Below are positions 11,501-20,944 of a DNA stretch of 64,000 nt, piece by piece. Position numbers and translations under genes: made by a program. The notes beneath the pieces are model-generated. The model saw nothing but the letters and a program-made list of their open reading frames with translations, ran no database searches and had not been told where the DNA came from. Position 1 is the stretch's first letter. Every line of letters starts with the position of its first letter. This stretch comes from Paraspadella gotoi (taxonomy: Eukaryota; Animalia; Chaetognatha). The stretch covers positions 10,068,291 to 10,132,290 of the forward strand of contig CM119271.1 in assembly GCA_051294375.1 (NCBI GenBank). Direction: 5' to 3'.

Positions 11501-12864
11501 AAAAAACCGAAGTCGAAGAAAGACCTGTTAATAAAAGTGAGCGAGATGCGATTGTAAGAGACCTTGCAAAAAAAATTTATGAAAGCAACAAACATCGTTA
11601 TTCTTTACCCAATACCGAAAATGTAAATTTATCTCAAAATAGCATGACTGTAGGGTCTTCGAGATTAGAAACTACTTTTTATACGAGCGTTGATAAAGAA
11701 TTATACCCTTCAGAAACACCCGGGTATTCTCAACAGCATAGAGAACAAATTAAGGAACACTACTGTACTGAAGATTATAATTGGTCAAACTCAGATTTTT
11801 ACAATCCCGATTTCAGAAATTCTGCGCATTCAAATTCCGGGAGTATATCTGAAAGCAGTCGGGCCTATTTTGAACAGTCATCAATGGACAGTCAATATTA
11901 CAATAAAACCGAATCCTTTTCTGGGGAATACTGTCATAATTACAATCCTGACTTTCATCACTCTAGAAATTCTGGCAATCTATCTCAAGGCGGCCATAAC
12001 TATTTTCAACAATCAGGAGCTGTGGAGACTCTCTATAATCAACAAAACCAATTTCCTGCTGCAGAAGGAAATAAAAACATTGAATCAAATATTACTCATC
12101 AGCCGTCAATTAAGTCAAATGTAACTAATCAGTCACCAATAACTGCTCCAGAAATCGTATCAGAAACAAATAAAATTTTTAATCGTTTAGAACCACCTCT
12201 GAAACCCAATATTAGTTATGATGGACCATTTGTTATAAGTACCCAAAAAAATCAACGCCTGGCAACTCCTCTGGAATGCCAGTTTTCCGAGGTAATGTTC
12301 ACTTTAAAATTAAAATTTCTACATCTTTTAAAACAACTGCATTATGAAGTCCCTGATAGCATTTTACCCAATTTAAAAATTGGGAAAAAAATTCCTAATT
12401 ATGAAAAAATTTTGAAAGATGCTCTCGAACGGGAGCATTTAGCAATTGAATTCAAACTAAAAAATAAAAACGGTAACAAACATCCTTCTAGTTATATTTT
12501 GGATGTGTATATGGCTGGAGCTTTATTTCAAAGTGAAAATATAAACATAAACAAATTATCAGAAATGAAACAGAAATATTATTTGAAGATAATTGGAAAA
12601 ATTCTCCGTTCGGATTATATAATGATTGCTGAGCAGAAAATCTCCGATAGTGTTTTCAATAAAATACATCTTTCAGAGTCGTGTTTGGAAGCACCTGAAA
12701 ACTCTTTTCGATACGATAAGCTTTGCAAGTTGAGGCAACGCCAAAAAAGAAAACCTAACCAATTACCTGAAAAAGAATTAAAAACATTTTACGCTTCTCT
12801 GCAGAGTGACAATGATTCTTTTATGATTCCTACTACATTGCCATCTACTAATAAAAATAATTAA
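5545..12864 (+). CDS. Intronless 2439-aa protein of unknown function: acidic/Arg-rich N-terminus with KGVWADD repeats, a CCHC zinc knuckle and 7 copies of an unrecognised domain
   Basis: 7.3-kb uninterrupted ORF. CTYCNGKGHIIYFC at 7024-7065. Repeated motif (A/S)TxxEKx(F/M)xxLMxxIK ... (R/K)SDYLK ... GS(Y/F)RYDxLC. Confidence 0.85.
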   Translation: MDLEFDATYGDLEEISFDEADDAVEVLDDDMEWRQFERRHLPPRRDKKRDERRRSQRKETPESRRRSCTVTEKDLRRRREKDNSNRSLESSRTVDQHGRRIVRKDGSANGLNDFYRTFSRQKGVWADDEADSKDTSRTFHQQKGVWADDKNKDSTRRFHLQKRILPDEDEHRATSRTFHRHKGVWADDDDDIAYVNTSDEDGDVPDAANRRVVASDDSDFKESRLQSSDHSRLKETDRNSGRKRKMNEPPRKEKRRKTEERDECQRDSLKSANPFADDLSLSLRVMRRLEDRTDDDESSPSASPTLRTDPLTESLSLPVHSFDVDIYESVAPPLLSLDAFCDPAVKNLLPSTEPPALLRLFSELMLEVKISPLPLEWHAEILKAAWSAVDVTPHKELEFRRDKDDYVFDCFIENVHCVSGIGDDVKYAESTGFKLFVEKLRCSDYVKIETIFKGSKKVERLGLYATFAEAAEGSFRYDLLCQDKTVLKENLPNCTYCNGKGHIIYFCMKWQMENSLYVTAPLFPDDGTLPDNFVARERGTNQVSTSDHVTANHLSRSDQIGETVNSQTTTDLPVQHIPIISTGLSGEMKAKENKEIQPFPTNVETVQKNENTFSNVTVKTHPSAEEKLIADLMVTIKLNFSCFSKNQHSNYGNYRTAEHLFYDSVMKHKGNIELRTNDNNFEMLINNVFVLQRNFKEGYEENNRKIFLEDLTKMFNDCNFLKIFKGERDVLMMSETKVTEPVEFYRYGDISNFSSLVQVIPEQNLTVSRPIPTLFSGKINDNESINKLHSPVSFYGGSTSPVSTLGTDTFSQSDSGATKVNNPIRKKMFLLSSHNTAKKNVSSFKLKNSKQTTSHDSGEIETATTKNLPNSGNGKAFENITKDSKKNSSAHVMEVTNSPKKKLAPKVDNPPSKKVLVQLSSKKTTNEYLFSCKSNNSQFNSHGSEGSKKSPDLIIIPDPLISPSKKKKMLDECNPKSVKEANKSLKTNMMTIQQTNVKDSCKDTEHNIDLNSSNNKKCQDLHLELRGNKEGKQLQAVDNRNKVKENKDINMKDSQVRILEKSCDDSGSFCNDIEVSSSKSVGDPNSSIKLPLSLEKDKVNRLMTAATPIEKSFAKFMHEIKLVYTDQIKKFANYEEYLKLIDSKKLANEIQDIMKKNNMVLSKRLENHKWNFYLNNILIFISKYNDHKDAILEFYQRIVSVMVRCDHLKLIPVNGKPRMYFYESGKDLIKGAYKYDFICELFNDFNTPLTADPKNNINDSQDLKCTLEPKHLKEKNQQDGPNLKKVEESNDANVNFQQENICLSDKAKLSEKCSKLLHLGMQYSHYFPLHPENIKGKLIIGESTAVTALERNFSKLMQCIKNTFKFLYRLSKLSNRYESKLGGECNKKELASLFEEILKRNEMLLNKIRDQKFWKFKINDVVVFWSKKSSVSEALNQFYQQTVCQIVRHDYFKLDLVNNELTLKLFETEKEAVNGSYRYDYFCNSNIQELPCDKAEIKFPEADVIGESLSSKADSLSKESKLSNAIDKSLNFHEKLKSSNSGEAKSNQVQDITITPVEKLNVQIKLTTECQNFLDYGLKSFHLFPLHPENIEGVLIVGHDNGMAASLATDTEKGMAKLMQTIKNTFSFLYNIPKFSDRYETVIGQKCTKQELSFIFEEVLKFNGMVLSSSHDNNLWQFKVNDIFILSSKKNCFQDAQNQFYRRAASLIVRSDYLKLETKEENLKLLLYDTEKEAVQGSYRYDSLCNNTENTSLLAEPLLNIQEKDFIDKAKKTVDIKDSSKIVDNEQTVNYKSINGRPILLKNIDKPLRIGETSNSFEPSAIEKSMGKLLLKIKKRFTFLYSAIEDNLMEECLSKKYKSNRISAILTEIISSLDMDSVTEQTKKKKTWNFKISEVLVSEAQLTAPMSSVLSHFYTKFVCMAVKSDYLKILNKEGVQRLVLFSTSTEASSGAIRYDILCDNRVQESLVSKQIEKESESKPKSKSSAEKTEVEERPVNKSERDAIVRDLAKKIYESNKHRYSLPNTENVNLSQNSMTVGSSRLETTFYTSVDKELYPSETPGYSQQHREQIKEHYCTEDYNWSNSDFYNPDFRNSAHSNSGSISESSRAYFEQSSMDSQYYNKTESFSGEYCHNYNPDFHHSRNSGNLSQGGHNYFQQSGAVETLYNQQNQFPAAEGNKNIESNITHQPSIKSNVTNQSPITAPEIVSETNKIFNRLEPPLKPNISYDGPFVISTQKNQRLATPLECQFSEVMFTLKLKFLHLLKQLHYEVPDSILPNLKIGKKIPNYEKILKDALEREHLAIEFKLKNKNGNKHPSSYILDVYMAGALFQSENININKLSEMKQKYYLKIIGKILRSDYIMIAEQKISDSVFNKIHLSESCLEAPENSFRYDKLCKLRQRQKRKPNQLPEKELKTFYASLQSDNDSFMIPTTLPSTNKNN

Positions 12865-13252
12865 AATGTTATTCAACTTCAAAAAATTCTTATGAGATTC
12901 ATTTTTCTTTTGTTCTCATGATAATTATTTTACATGGTAAAACTGTAATATGATTTATATTATGATAGAATTAAGAGTACTTTCGCTTGGTATGAAGCTT
13001 TCTAGATTAAGAAAGTGGTATAAATACTATGAACAATTTCATTGTTAATATCTTTTTGTTGTAATAGCCATGAGTATTTGCCTTTCAATCAGTGATTTAC
13101 AGGCTTTTTTTTATTTTTAAGGCGCTTGGCATCAAGTAATAATTGAGTTAAAACTTTGTTGGATGGTTTTATAGTTGTTTGTATTATCTCAGAAACTAAT
13201 GGTTTGCCAGAATCTGTTTTTATCTTTAAAATTTTTCCCACAATTGTGGAGA

Positions 13253-14830
13253 ATGGGATCCAGAAATCTCTGTGATCATCTTTCTGTCACCTTAGACAGG
13301 TATAAAATAACACTAATTGACGCAAACGATTTTTTTTTGCTTAATATTAAATAACTATCAAGCGAAACTCAGCATCAACAATCTACATGGGCGACGATTA
13401 GGAATATTTTTCTAGTCTTTTTACTTCATCTAATTTTTTTGTGCTTGATAGTTCACGACAGCCTTCCGAGTCGCACGGGAACGTAACCGAAATTGTTGAC
13501 GTGTCTCCAACCGTGAAGAAACTAACCTTGTCTCTTCACGAAGCTGAAAGCGTTTCTTTCAAGGTATAATCGTGATCACTGATCAAAATTGAAAATCCTC
13601 GTCATTTTAAATGGTCCCAGCCGAAACAGAAAAGTCTTTTCAGGCGGGACAATGGGTTGATTTCGTTATTCCTTCCGTTGAAACGGTAGGCGGCTTCTCA
13701 ATTTGCTCCACTCCGTCACTTTTGAAGAAACATGGTACGTTAATATCTTCATCCTTTGGCGACATCACGACATTGCAATGTCAAAAAGTTGATCGATGGT
13801 AGTTTCATTAAAGAGGAAAGCGTGGTGTTGTGGCATAATTTTTTTACTTTTAGTAATTCATTTAACATATTTTTAACATATACTAATTATTACTTTCTTA
13901 CTGTTATGCCTCATTTCTGTCTGGAAAATATTTCTTTTTAAAAATCATAAAATTTTTAATGGTGAAGATTATTAACAAAATGATAAATATTAAAAATTGG
14001 TAAAAACTAAGCAGGTTTTAATTCCCAATTCATGCTCCATAATGAAACTACTACTTTTCTTCATAGTACGGTTACCGTTACTACGCCTGCCTTTTATGTT
14101 TTTCAAACTGCCCTGTGTTGAATACTCCTTAGTCCTTACCTAATTTTCGTTTTATTGCCTTGCGCAAAATAACTGCAATTACAAAAAAAAGTGTAACGTT
14201 ATTGCCAGCTTCTCGGTTGGAACGAATTGTTTTGTACCCAAGCCGAAATGAAAATGGATTTGAGGTTTCTCAGGCGCGATGGTGTTGGCCGTGAAATACT
14301 CGGAGCATCCCCCGGCAAAGTGGGTCCACACCAAATGCCGTCCCGGTGACGACGTCCGCGTCAAAATCGGCGGAGACTTTTGGTTCGATCCCGACGCCGT
14401 TGCTTCGTCCCTTTCCGACCACGCCCTCCTCCTGGTCGCCGGCGGGCTCGGCATCAACCCCCTCTTTTCCATCCTGGCGACGGCGGCGGAGTCCACCACC
14501 CCGCCGCCCCGCATCTTCCTCCTTTATTCCGCCAAATCCTCCTCCGAATTTATATTTCGTCGCGAAATCGACGAGATCGCCGCTGGCTCTGCAAATGTTG
14601 AGGCGCGATTTTTCTGTTCGCGAGAGACGCGGCCTGTCGATGCTACGGAGGGACGCGTGGACGCGGCGACGATCGCTAGCCTCTTTAAAGGAGGCGCTAA
14701 GGATGTTTTGGAGCCCGAGAAGTGCCGAGCCTACGTCTGCGGACCTTCGAGAATGACCGACGCCGTCGTTGTCGCGTTGAAGGGCGAAGGCGTGGCATCC
14801 GACCAAATTTTTTTCGAAAAATGGTGGTAG
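13253..14830 (+). CDS. OXNAD1: Oxidoreductase NAD-binding domain-containing protein 1 (FNR-like); exons 13253-13299, 13452-13563, 13644-13734, 14275-14830
   Basis: Spliced product contains DHLSVT, SPTVKKL, SFK|AGQWVDF..VGGFSICSTP, LAVKYSEHPPAKWVH, LLLVAGGLGINPLFSIL, YVCGP and C-terminal FEKWW. All introns GT-AG with matching phases. Confidence 0.92.
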
Positions 14831-14953
14831 TTTACGCGTCTCGTATTCAAATTGACCGAAATTTTTAAATTATTTTTCCAATTATAGATAAAAACCAATT
14901 TAAATGTCGCAACTGACGAACAAATTTCCCGCAAAACTCGTCGACCTCTCGAG

Positions 14954-16567
14954 ATGATGGCGGCGGAGACGTCGCCCAATTCGACGCCCTCGTCGAAGAC
15001 GGGCGGCGAGGATCCCTTGAACTCCGACCCGCCCCCGTCGATGGGCGTGGTTCCCATTGAGAACTCGGCCAACGCCTCCACTCTGACCAGCGGTCTGTCG
15101 ACCTCTTCGGCGGAGATTCGCAATTTTCTCGTCCGCAACGTGAGGGGGGAGCATCTAGCGGCCGGAATCTTGGGAGGCGTCGTCTCTACGATCGTCTGTC
15201 ATCCACTAGATCTCATCAAAATTAGGTTTCAGGTTCGTTCATTAGGATGGGAAGAGGGAATAAGTTGGCCTTTATTCGTGATTGCTACGATAATTATAAT
15301 ATGATTGCAATATCAACTTGGGAATTTGATGCTTGAGGGTAAGTTAAACTGCTGCGTTTCTTTTCTCCTCTCTCACGTCGATTCCGCGAGGGAATCCTCC
15401 TCTCTGATTGGTCAAGGGAGAAGAAAAGACAAAAAAGCCAAGCAGACAAGCGACACCAGCGACTTGATCAATACATTTTCTGGGTTTCCTTATTTTATTA
15501 CAAACTTCGATCGAGAAATATGCTCGATGTTGTTTTGGTTATGTTTTTGTAACGGTATTGTTGGACATAAACTTTTGCGAAACATTTGAAATGGAAATAA
15601 ACTTGCTTCGTTTACGATTTGATCAATAAAACTTTATTCCTAATTATGTTTAATTCATAAAGAACTCTTTATATTATAATTGATTAGCCAGTTCCGGGGT
15701 TTTTCGTATATCTAAATTTAATTTAATTTAATTTAATCTATTTAGGTGAACGAGGGTCACGGCCTCGCCAATGTGAAGCGTCCCTCCTACCACGGCATCG
15801 TCGACGCCTTTAAGTCTATCGTCAGAAGCGACGGCGCCGCGGGGCTTTACGCCGGCGCCGGTCCTAACATTCTCGGCGCTGGCGCCTCCTGGGGTCTCTA
15901 CTTTTTCTTTTACAACGCCGCCAAGAACATCCTTCGCGAGGACTCGTCTCGCGCCCTGACGTGGACCGAACACACTTTGTGCGCTTGTCAATCGGGCGTC
16001 ATGACCCTCGCCATCACCAACCCGATTTGGGTGACCAAAACCCGACTGTGCCTTCAGTACGAGAGGATGCGACTCAAACGGATGGGAGTCCCGCCTCCGA
16101 CCGGCGACGTCGTTGAATCTTACAAGGGAATGACGGACGCCCTGGTGAAAATCTCCCGCGCCGAGGGCCTCCGCGGACTTTACAAAGGTTTTGTCCCCGG
16201 CCTCTTCGGCGTCAGTCACGGGGTCATTCAGTTCGTCAGTTACGAGGAGATGAAGAAGTTGTACAACCGACGTCGGAACGCAGAGCACGACGCCAAGCTG
16301 GGCAACTCCGAGTACTTGGCATTTGCCGCGCTGTCCAAGTGCGTCGCCGCTTTTTCCACTTATCCTTACCAAGTGCTGAGGACACGGTTGCAGGATCAAC
16401 ACAGACATTACAGTGGACTCGCGGAAGTCGTCAAACTGTTGTGGCGTTACGAAGGCTTCGGGGGTTTTTACAAGGGCTTGTTGCCAAGTCTGTTACGGGT
16501 CGTTCCGGCCACCATGATCACCTTCCTCACTTACGAGAACGTGTCCCGGTTTCTCCTAAAGCGATAG
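14954..16567 (+). CDS. SLC25A32: Mitochondrial folate/FAD carrier; exons 14954-15232 and 15746-16567
   Basis: Three carrier signatures (HPLDLIKIRFQ|V, NPIWVTKTRLCLQY, YPYQVLRTRLQDQH) plus GASWGLYFFFYN and PGLFGVSHG, typical of MFT/SLC25A32. Confidence 0.93.
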
Positions 16568-16836
16568 ACTCGATAGTTTTTAGTGTTTCGTCATGTTTTT
16601 TTTTGAGAAACTTGCTTCATTCGAGTGTTTTTACGAACTCAACCATCGACTGTGAAAGATTTTACACCGAAATCATTATTTTTCTCATATGTTTATCCAG
16701 TTTGTTTTTTTTTTTCCTAATATATTTTATCTATTTTGTGTTTATTACGAATCTGTTACCGTTGATCGTTAAATCTCTCTCCGCTCTCCAGCCATTCCAT
16801 CTCCTCGAAACGAAATCTATAAACATTAAACAAAAT

Positions 16837-17616
16837 ATGGGAAAGAAACACAAATCGGATCGCGATCGATCTCGATCTCCAGTCAAACCCGACGCCGCCT
16901 CACATCGAACCGAAGTAAAACGGGAAAGAGAGGATCGCGACGATCGCCGCGAACAACAGCGACGGGAGCGACGACGAAACGGACACGAAAGGGAAGAGAA
17001 TCGATCCCCGGAACGAGAGCGAGAGGATCGCCGGGGTGGCGGCGGCGGCGGCGGCGGCCGTCGCTCCGGTCCCGGATCAGAAGCAGACTCGAAACCCAAA
17101 TTCGACAAAGACAAAGAAAAGCAGAAGCCCAATTTGGGTCTCTCGGGGAAACTGACGGAGGATACAAACACTTTTCGCGGTGTCGTCATCAAATACAACG
17201 AGCCGTCCGAGGCTCGCAAACCCAAGGTCAAGTGGCGCCTATATCAATTCAAGGGCGCGGAGAGCCTGCCGACGCTCTATGTGCACCGGCAGAGCGCCTA
17301 TCTGATTGGGCGCGATCGGCTCATCGCCGACATTCCCGTCGACCACCCTTCCTGTTCCAAGCAGCACGCCGTCCTGCAGTTTCGCCTCGTCGACTACGTC
17401 CGCGAAGACGGGACGCACGGACGGCGCGTATCACCGTACATCATTGATCTCGGCGCCACCAACAAGACTTACCTCAACAACAAACCCATCGAGGCGCAAC
17501 GATATCACGAGCTGCGGGAAAAAGACGTCCTCAAGTTCGGCTACTCTTCGCGGGAGTACGTGCTGTTGCACGATCGGAGCGCGGACTCGCCAGAGTCGGA
17601 CGAAGAGTCCAACTAA
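16837..17616 (+). CDS. SNIP1: Smad nuclear interacting protein 1 / Pml1 (RES complex, FHA domain); intronless, true ATG at 16837
   Basis: RS/RE-rich N-terminus, then KPNLGLSGKLTEDTNTFRGVVIKYNEP, QSAYLIGRDR, DHPSCSKQHAVLQFR, FGYSSREYVLLH. Confidence 0.95.
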   Translation: MGKKHKSDRDRSRSPVKPDAASHRTEVKREREDRDDRREQQRRERRRNGHEREENRSPEREREDRRGGGGGGGGRRSGPGSEADSKPKFDKDKEKQKPNLGLSGKLTEDTNTFRGVVIKYNEPSEARKPKVKWRLYQFKGAESLPTLYVHRQSAYLIGRDRLIADIPVDHPSCSKQHAVLQFRLVDYVREDGTHGRRVSPYIIDLGATNKTYLNNKPIEAQRYHELREKDVLKFGYSSREYVLLHDRSADSPESDEESN

Positions 17617-18026
17617 CGTGCTTGTGGGTGGGGGGAATGGAGCCTGGTATGTGAATTATGTTGTTGCTACAGTTTACTTGATTTTTTAATGTGTGTACTA
17701 TATAAATTATAAGCAAGGAATTCATTGAGGAAACCAGGAAAGAAGAGTATCCATCTTTTGGGTAATATTCTCTCTCTCACTCACACGTTACCATCCAAAA
17801 GATTTAGACCTCGGATAAAGATGTAAACAGACGCAATTTAAAACGTTTCATTCGTTTCGAATTTATGGACACGCATTGGTTCTGTAAATAACCCCCATAT
17901 TAACAACTAAACAAAAATGCAACGTTCATTGTATCCCATTGTCCAATGTCCAGTGTCAATTGAACATTTTTTCCTACAATTTTCAAAAAAAAAATTTTCA
18001 GTTGAATAAAAAAAATATTGGTAATT

Positions 18027-19040
18027 ATGGAGGCGCTCATGTCGGGGAACAAGATGCGCCTCAACGAGAAGAACGTCGTCAACTTCGCCACCTGCAACAG
18101 CCCCGTCGACAAGGAGGGATGGCTGCTCAAGAAGGCCCCCGACGCCTCGGCCGGCCACGGGCGCGGATTTCAAAAACGTTTCTTCGCCCTCAAGGGAAAC
18201 CTCTTGTTCTACTTCGAGAAAAAGGGAGATCGGGAACCGCTCGGCGTCATCATCATGGAAGGCTGCACTGTGGAACTGGTAGAGGTGCCTGATCAGCCCT
18301 ACACCTTCGGCATCCACTTTCAGGGCAACGGGGCGCGGACCTACATCCTCGCGGCGGAGGATCAAGAGCTGATGGAGTCATGGATGAAGGTCCTCGCCTG
18401 CGCCACTTACGAATACATGAGGCTGATGGTGGCAGAGTTGCAACGCCAACTGGACGAAATCAATGCCGCCGAACGGCAAAAGACCAAACGGCTCAAGGAG
18501 GCCGCCAACGCGCGACCAGATACCACCTCGAGAACTTCCGCGGAGCCTCGGCCTCTCCCCAGGGTCGAGTCGTCCGCGTCGAGAGCCTCGTCGGAAAACT
18601 GTTTCGAAGAGGACGATCTCTTTAAGACTTCGCCGTCTCTCTCCAGCGCCTCGTCGCCGCGGGACACACCTTCGCCGAGCCGCCCGGTGGAATCTACACC
18701 CGAGGCCCGACACTCGGCTCTCATCGCCACCTCCTCCGCTGCCTTAAGACGGGCGCCTTCGCCGTCGAGACTCAACCCCGTCGGTGCTACCGTCGTCCAA
18801 GATATCTCCGACGTCGGCGTCTTGTCTCACTCGCCCAACTCGCTCGTCGGAACTCCGGAAATCTCTCAGATGCACATAGTTGACCCGCACCGGAGGTCGT
18901 CTCCTTCATCGGGAAACGGCTCCGCCAAGTCTTTCCTCGAACTCCATCAACAGTTCGGTCAGCCCATCGTCCAGCAGATTCAGAGCAGGAAGTCTGCAGG
19001 CAGCGCCGTCAGCAGCACCAGTTCGGAAGAGTATTATTGA
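18027..19040 (+). CDS. PHETA1: Sesquipedalian / PH domain-containing endocytic trafficking adaptor (FAM109); intronless
   Basis: MRLNEK start motif, PH domain (DKEGWLLKK, FALKGNLLFYFE, GVIIMEGCTVEL, WMKVL), coiled coil YMRLMVAELQRQL and C-terminal F&H motif FLELHQQFG. Confidence 0.9.
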   Translation: MEALMSGNKMRLNEKNVVNFATCNSPVDKEGWLLKKAPDASAGHGRGFQKRFFALKGNLLFYFEKKGDREPLGVIIMEGCTVELVEVPDQPYTFGIHFQGNGARTYILAAEDQELMESWMKVLACATYEYMRLMVAELQRQLDEINAAERQKTKRLKEAANARPDTTSRTSAEPRPLPRVESSASRASSENCFEEDDLFKTSPSLSSASSPRDTPSPSRPVESTPEARHSALIATSSAALRRAPSPSRLNPVGATVVQDISDVGVLSHSPNSLVGTPEISQMHIVDPHRRSSPSSGNGSAKSFLELHQQFGQPIVQQIQSRKSAGSAVSSTSSEEYY

Positions 19041-19994
19041 TATTTTGTTTACACAACCTTTTGTTAAATCGGGGAATGGGTTTTTTATATCATCTTATAC
19101 GTTATAATAAAGTGTGGGTGAATTGAACTTATTACTGCAAGTGTTGTCAAAGATCAGAAAGGTAGTTGAAGTGTGGTAAAGTAATCAAAGAATCAAAATA
19201 TTTAAAGCTGTTGAAAAAAAAAATTATCTTATACATCTCTGATCTTCTATGTCACGACAAAATGTTTCAATGTTTTAAACCGGGAGCATATCTTTTAATT
19301 CAATCTTGATGATATAAATCAAGTAGTTTATTTAAAAACTAGTTTAGAATACTGAGTTGTGCCTGCGTATTTATTTATTAAATTCTTCAGTATTTGAATT
19401 ATATTTTTGTTTAACAATAAAGTAGTACGTTCAACATCTTTGAAAACCGTTTCACGAGAAAAATAGTTTATAATTATATTTGCTATTGTTATTCGTTTCG
19501 AATTTTTTATTTTAGTTAAATTTAAAATGGAAAAACAAAAATTTCTCGATTACAAAATTACACGGTATATTTATGACCGCTAAAAGTCCTTGATCTGATG
19601 TATTTTTCAATGCAGTCGTGATCTAGGAAGTTTGTGCGGTATGCGATATACCGTGTCATGCATCATGGTCTTACGACCCAGTCGTAATTTTTAAGTCCTA
19701 ATTCGTATGTACTATGTAGCATTTTTCTTTTGGTGATTTTCTTGGATGGGCGTCATATTTCGTTGCAATGATGATAATCGTAGTTCAATTTGTACCAGCT
19801 CTGGCGTTAAGCACCTTAGGTGAATACAGAGACTTTGTTATCATTGGTACCAACTAGCACTCATTACTGAGTAATTTGCCCCCAATTTTTTTCCCACGTA
19901 CGGTTTTCCTTTTTCTCGAAGTTAATGATTCGCATTTCTAGTCGTTCAATTAGATGGTGCGACCGAGGCGGAGGGAGGATGAGAAGCGAAAGAC

Positions 19995-20789
19995 ATGCTT
20001 CACTCCCTCAACGTCTCCGGCGACGATGCTTCCCACCGCACGTCGCCCACTTCCGACTCCCCTTCCCTTTCCGCGTCCGCGTCGATTGACGCCGGAAGCC
20101 GCGAGTACGACGCCTACTACGGACTCGGCTCTGTCGTCTTCCTCGTGGCGCTACTTGGCTGCGCCATGTCGGGCTCCGGAATGTGTCGCCACAAAAAGCG
20201 AAACCCTTTCGTGGGTTCGTCCACGTTTTTTGACGAGGACCGATTCCTTCCGCGGCGTCGCCGCCTCACCGTCCCGCAGATAGTCGATCGCAACACGCGA
20301 TTCCTCGACCGACTCTCCGCCGAAGGAGAACAGCGACAACAGCGCGCCGCTGTCGCCGACGACTCCCGATTCGCTCGTCCGGATTACCTCGACGCTTTCG
20401 TTCACGTTCCCGACATCCTTAACCCCGTGACGCCGTCCGTATCGCACGAGGATACGCGGAACGCCCCGGGGTTGCAAGGACGTAGCGAGTGCTCCGACGA
20501 CCTAATCCCTGGCGGCGCCTTTGATCGATCGAAGTGGATGACGCGAGCCAAGGAGAGAAGCGCGAGGGAGTGGGAATCTTTCCAGACCAAATTGGGTGAT
20601 AAGATGAAAAGATTCGCGCGCGACTTTCGTCGTGAGAGACGTCGCATCTCGCGTCCAGAACGGAAAAGGACGCGGACAATAACGACGACGAAAAGGACGT
20701 ACTCCGCTTTGACGCAGGACGGCTCCGATTCGAGCATCTCCACCGAAGAGGAAGAGCTCATCGACGATGATCGTTTTCCGTTTCTCTGA
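19995..20789 (+). CDS. Orphan single-pass membrane protein (264 aa); 5' end uncertain
   Basis: GC-rich coding-like ORF with one hydrophobic segment (YYGLGSVVFLVALLGCAMSGSGMC) followed by basic RHKKR. No family recognised. Confidence 0.65.
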   Translation: MLHSLNVSGDDASHRTSPTSDSPSLSASASIDAGSREYDAYYGLGSVVFLVALLGCAMSGSGMCRHKKRNPFVGSSTFFDEDRFLPRRRRLTVPQIVDRNTRFLDRLSAEGEQRQQRAAVADDSRFARPDYLDAFVHVPDILNPVTPSVSHEDTRNAPGLQGRSECSDDLIPGGAFDRSKWMTRAKERSAREWESFQTKLGDKMKRFARDFRRERRRISRPERKRTRTITTTKRTYSALTQDGSDSSISTEEEELIDDDRFPFL

Positions 20790-20944
20790 CGTCATTCTCA
20801 TTTCACCCCGCGCTTTTCTTTTGTCAGTTTTTTATGAAAAAAAAAAGTTATAACCTCTCGTTTTTTATTATAATTATTTTTACGAATCGTGCAGAGCGCG
20901 TCGCTAAGACCGCGACGGTCAAGTGCGAGAGACCAGTAAGCGTC

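Noticed and set aside
16339-16836. N-terminal extension of SNIP1 overlapping SLC25A32
   Set aside because: Begins at a non-ATG codon and crosses a U-rich spacer; ATG 16837 after an acceptor is the plausible start.
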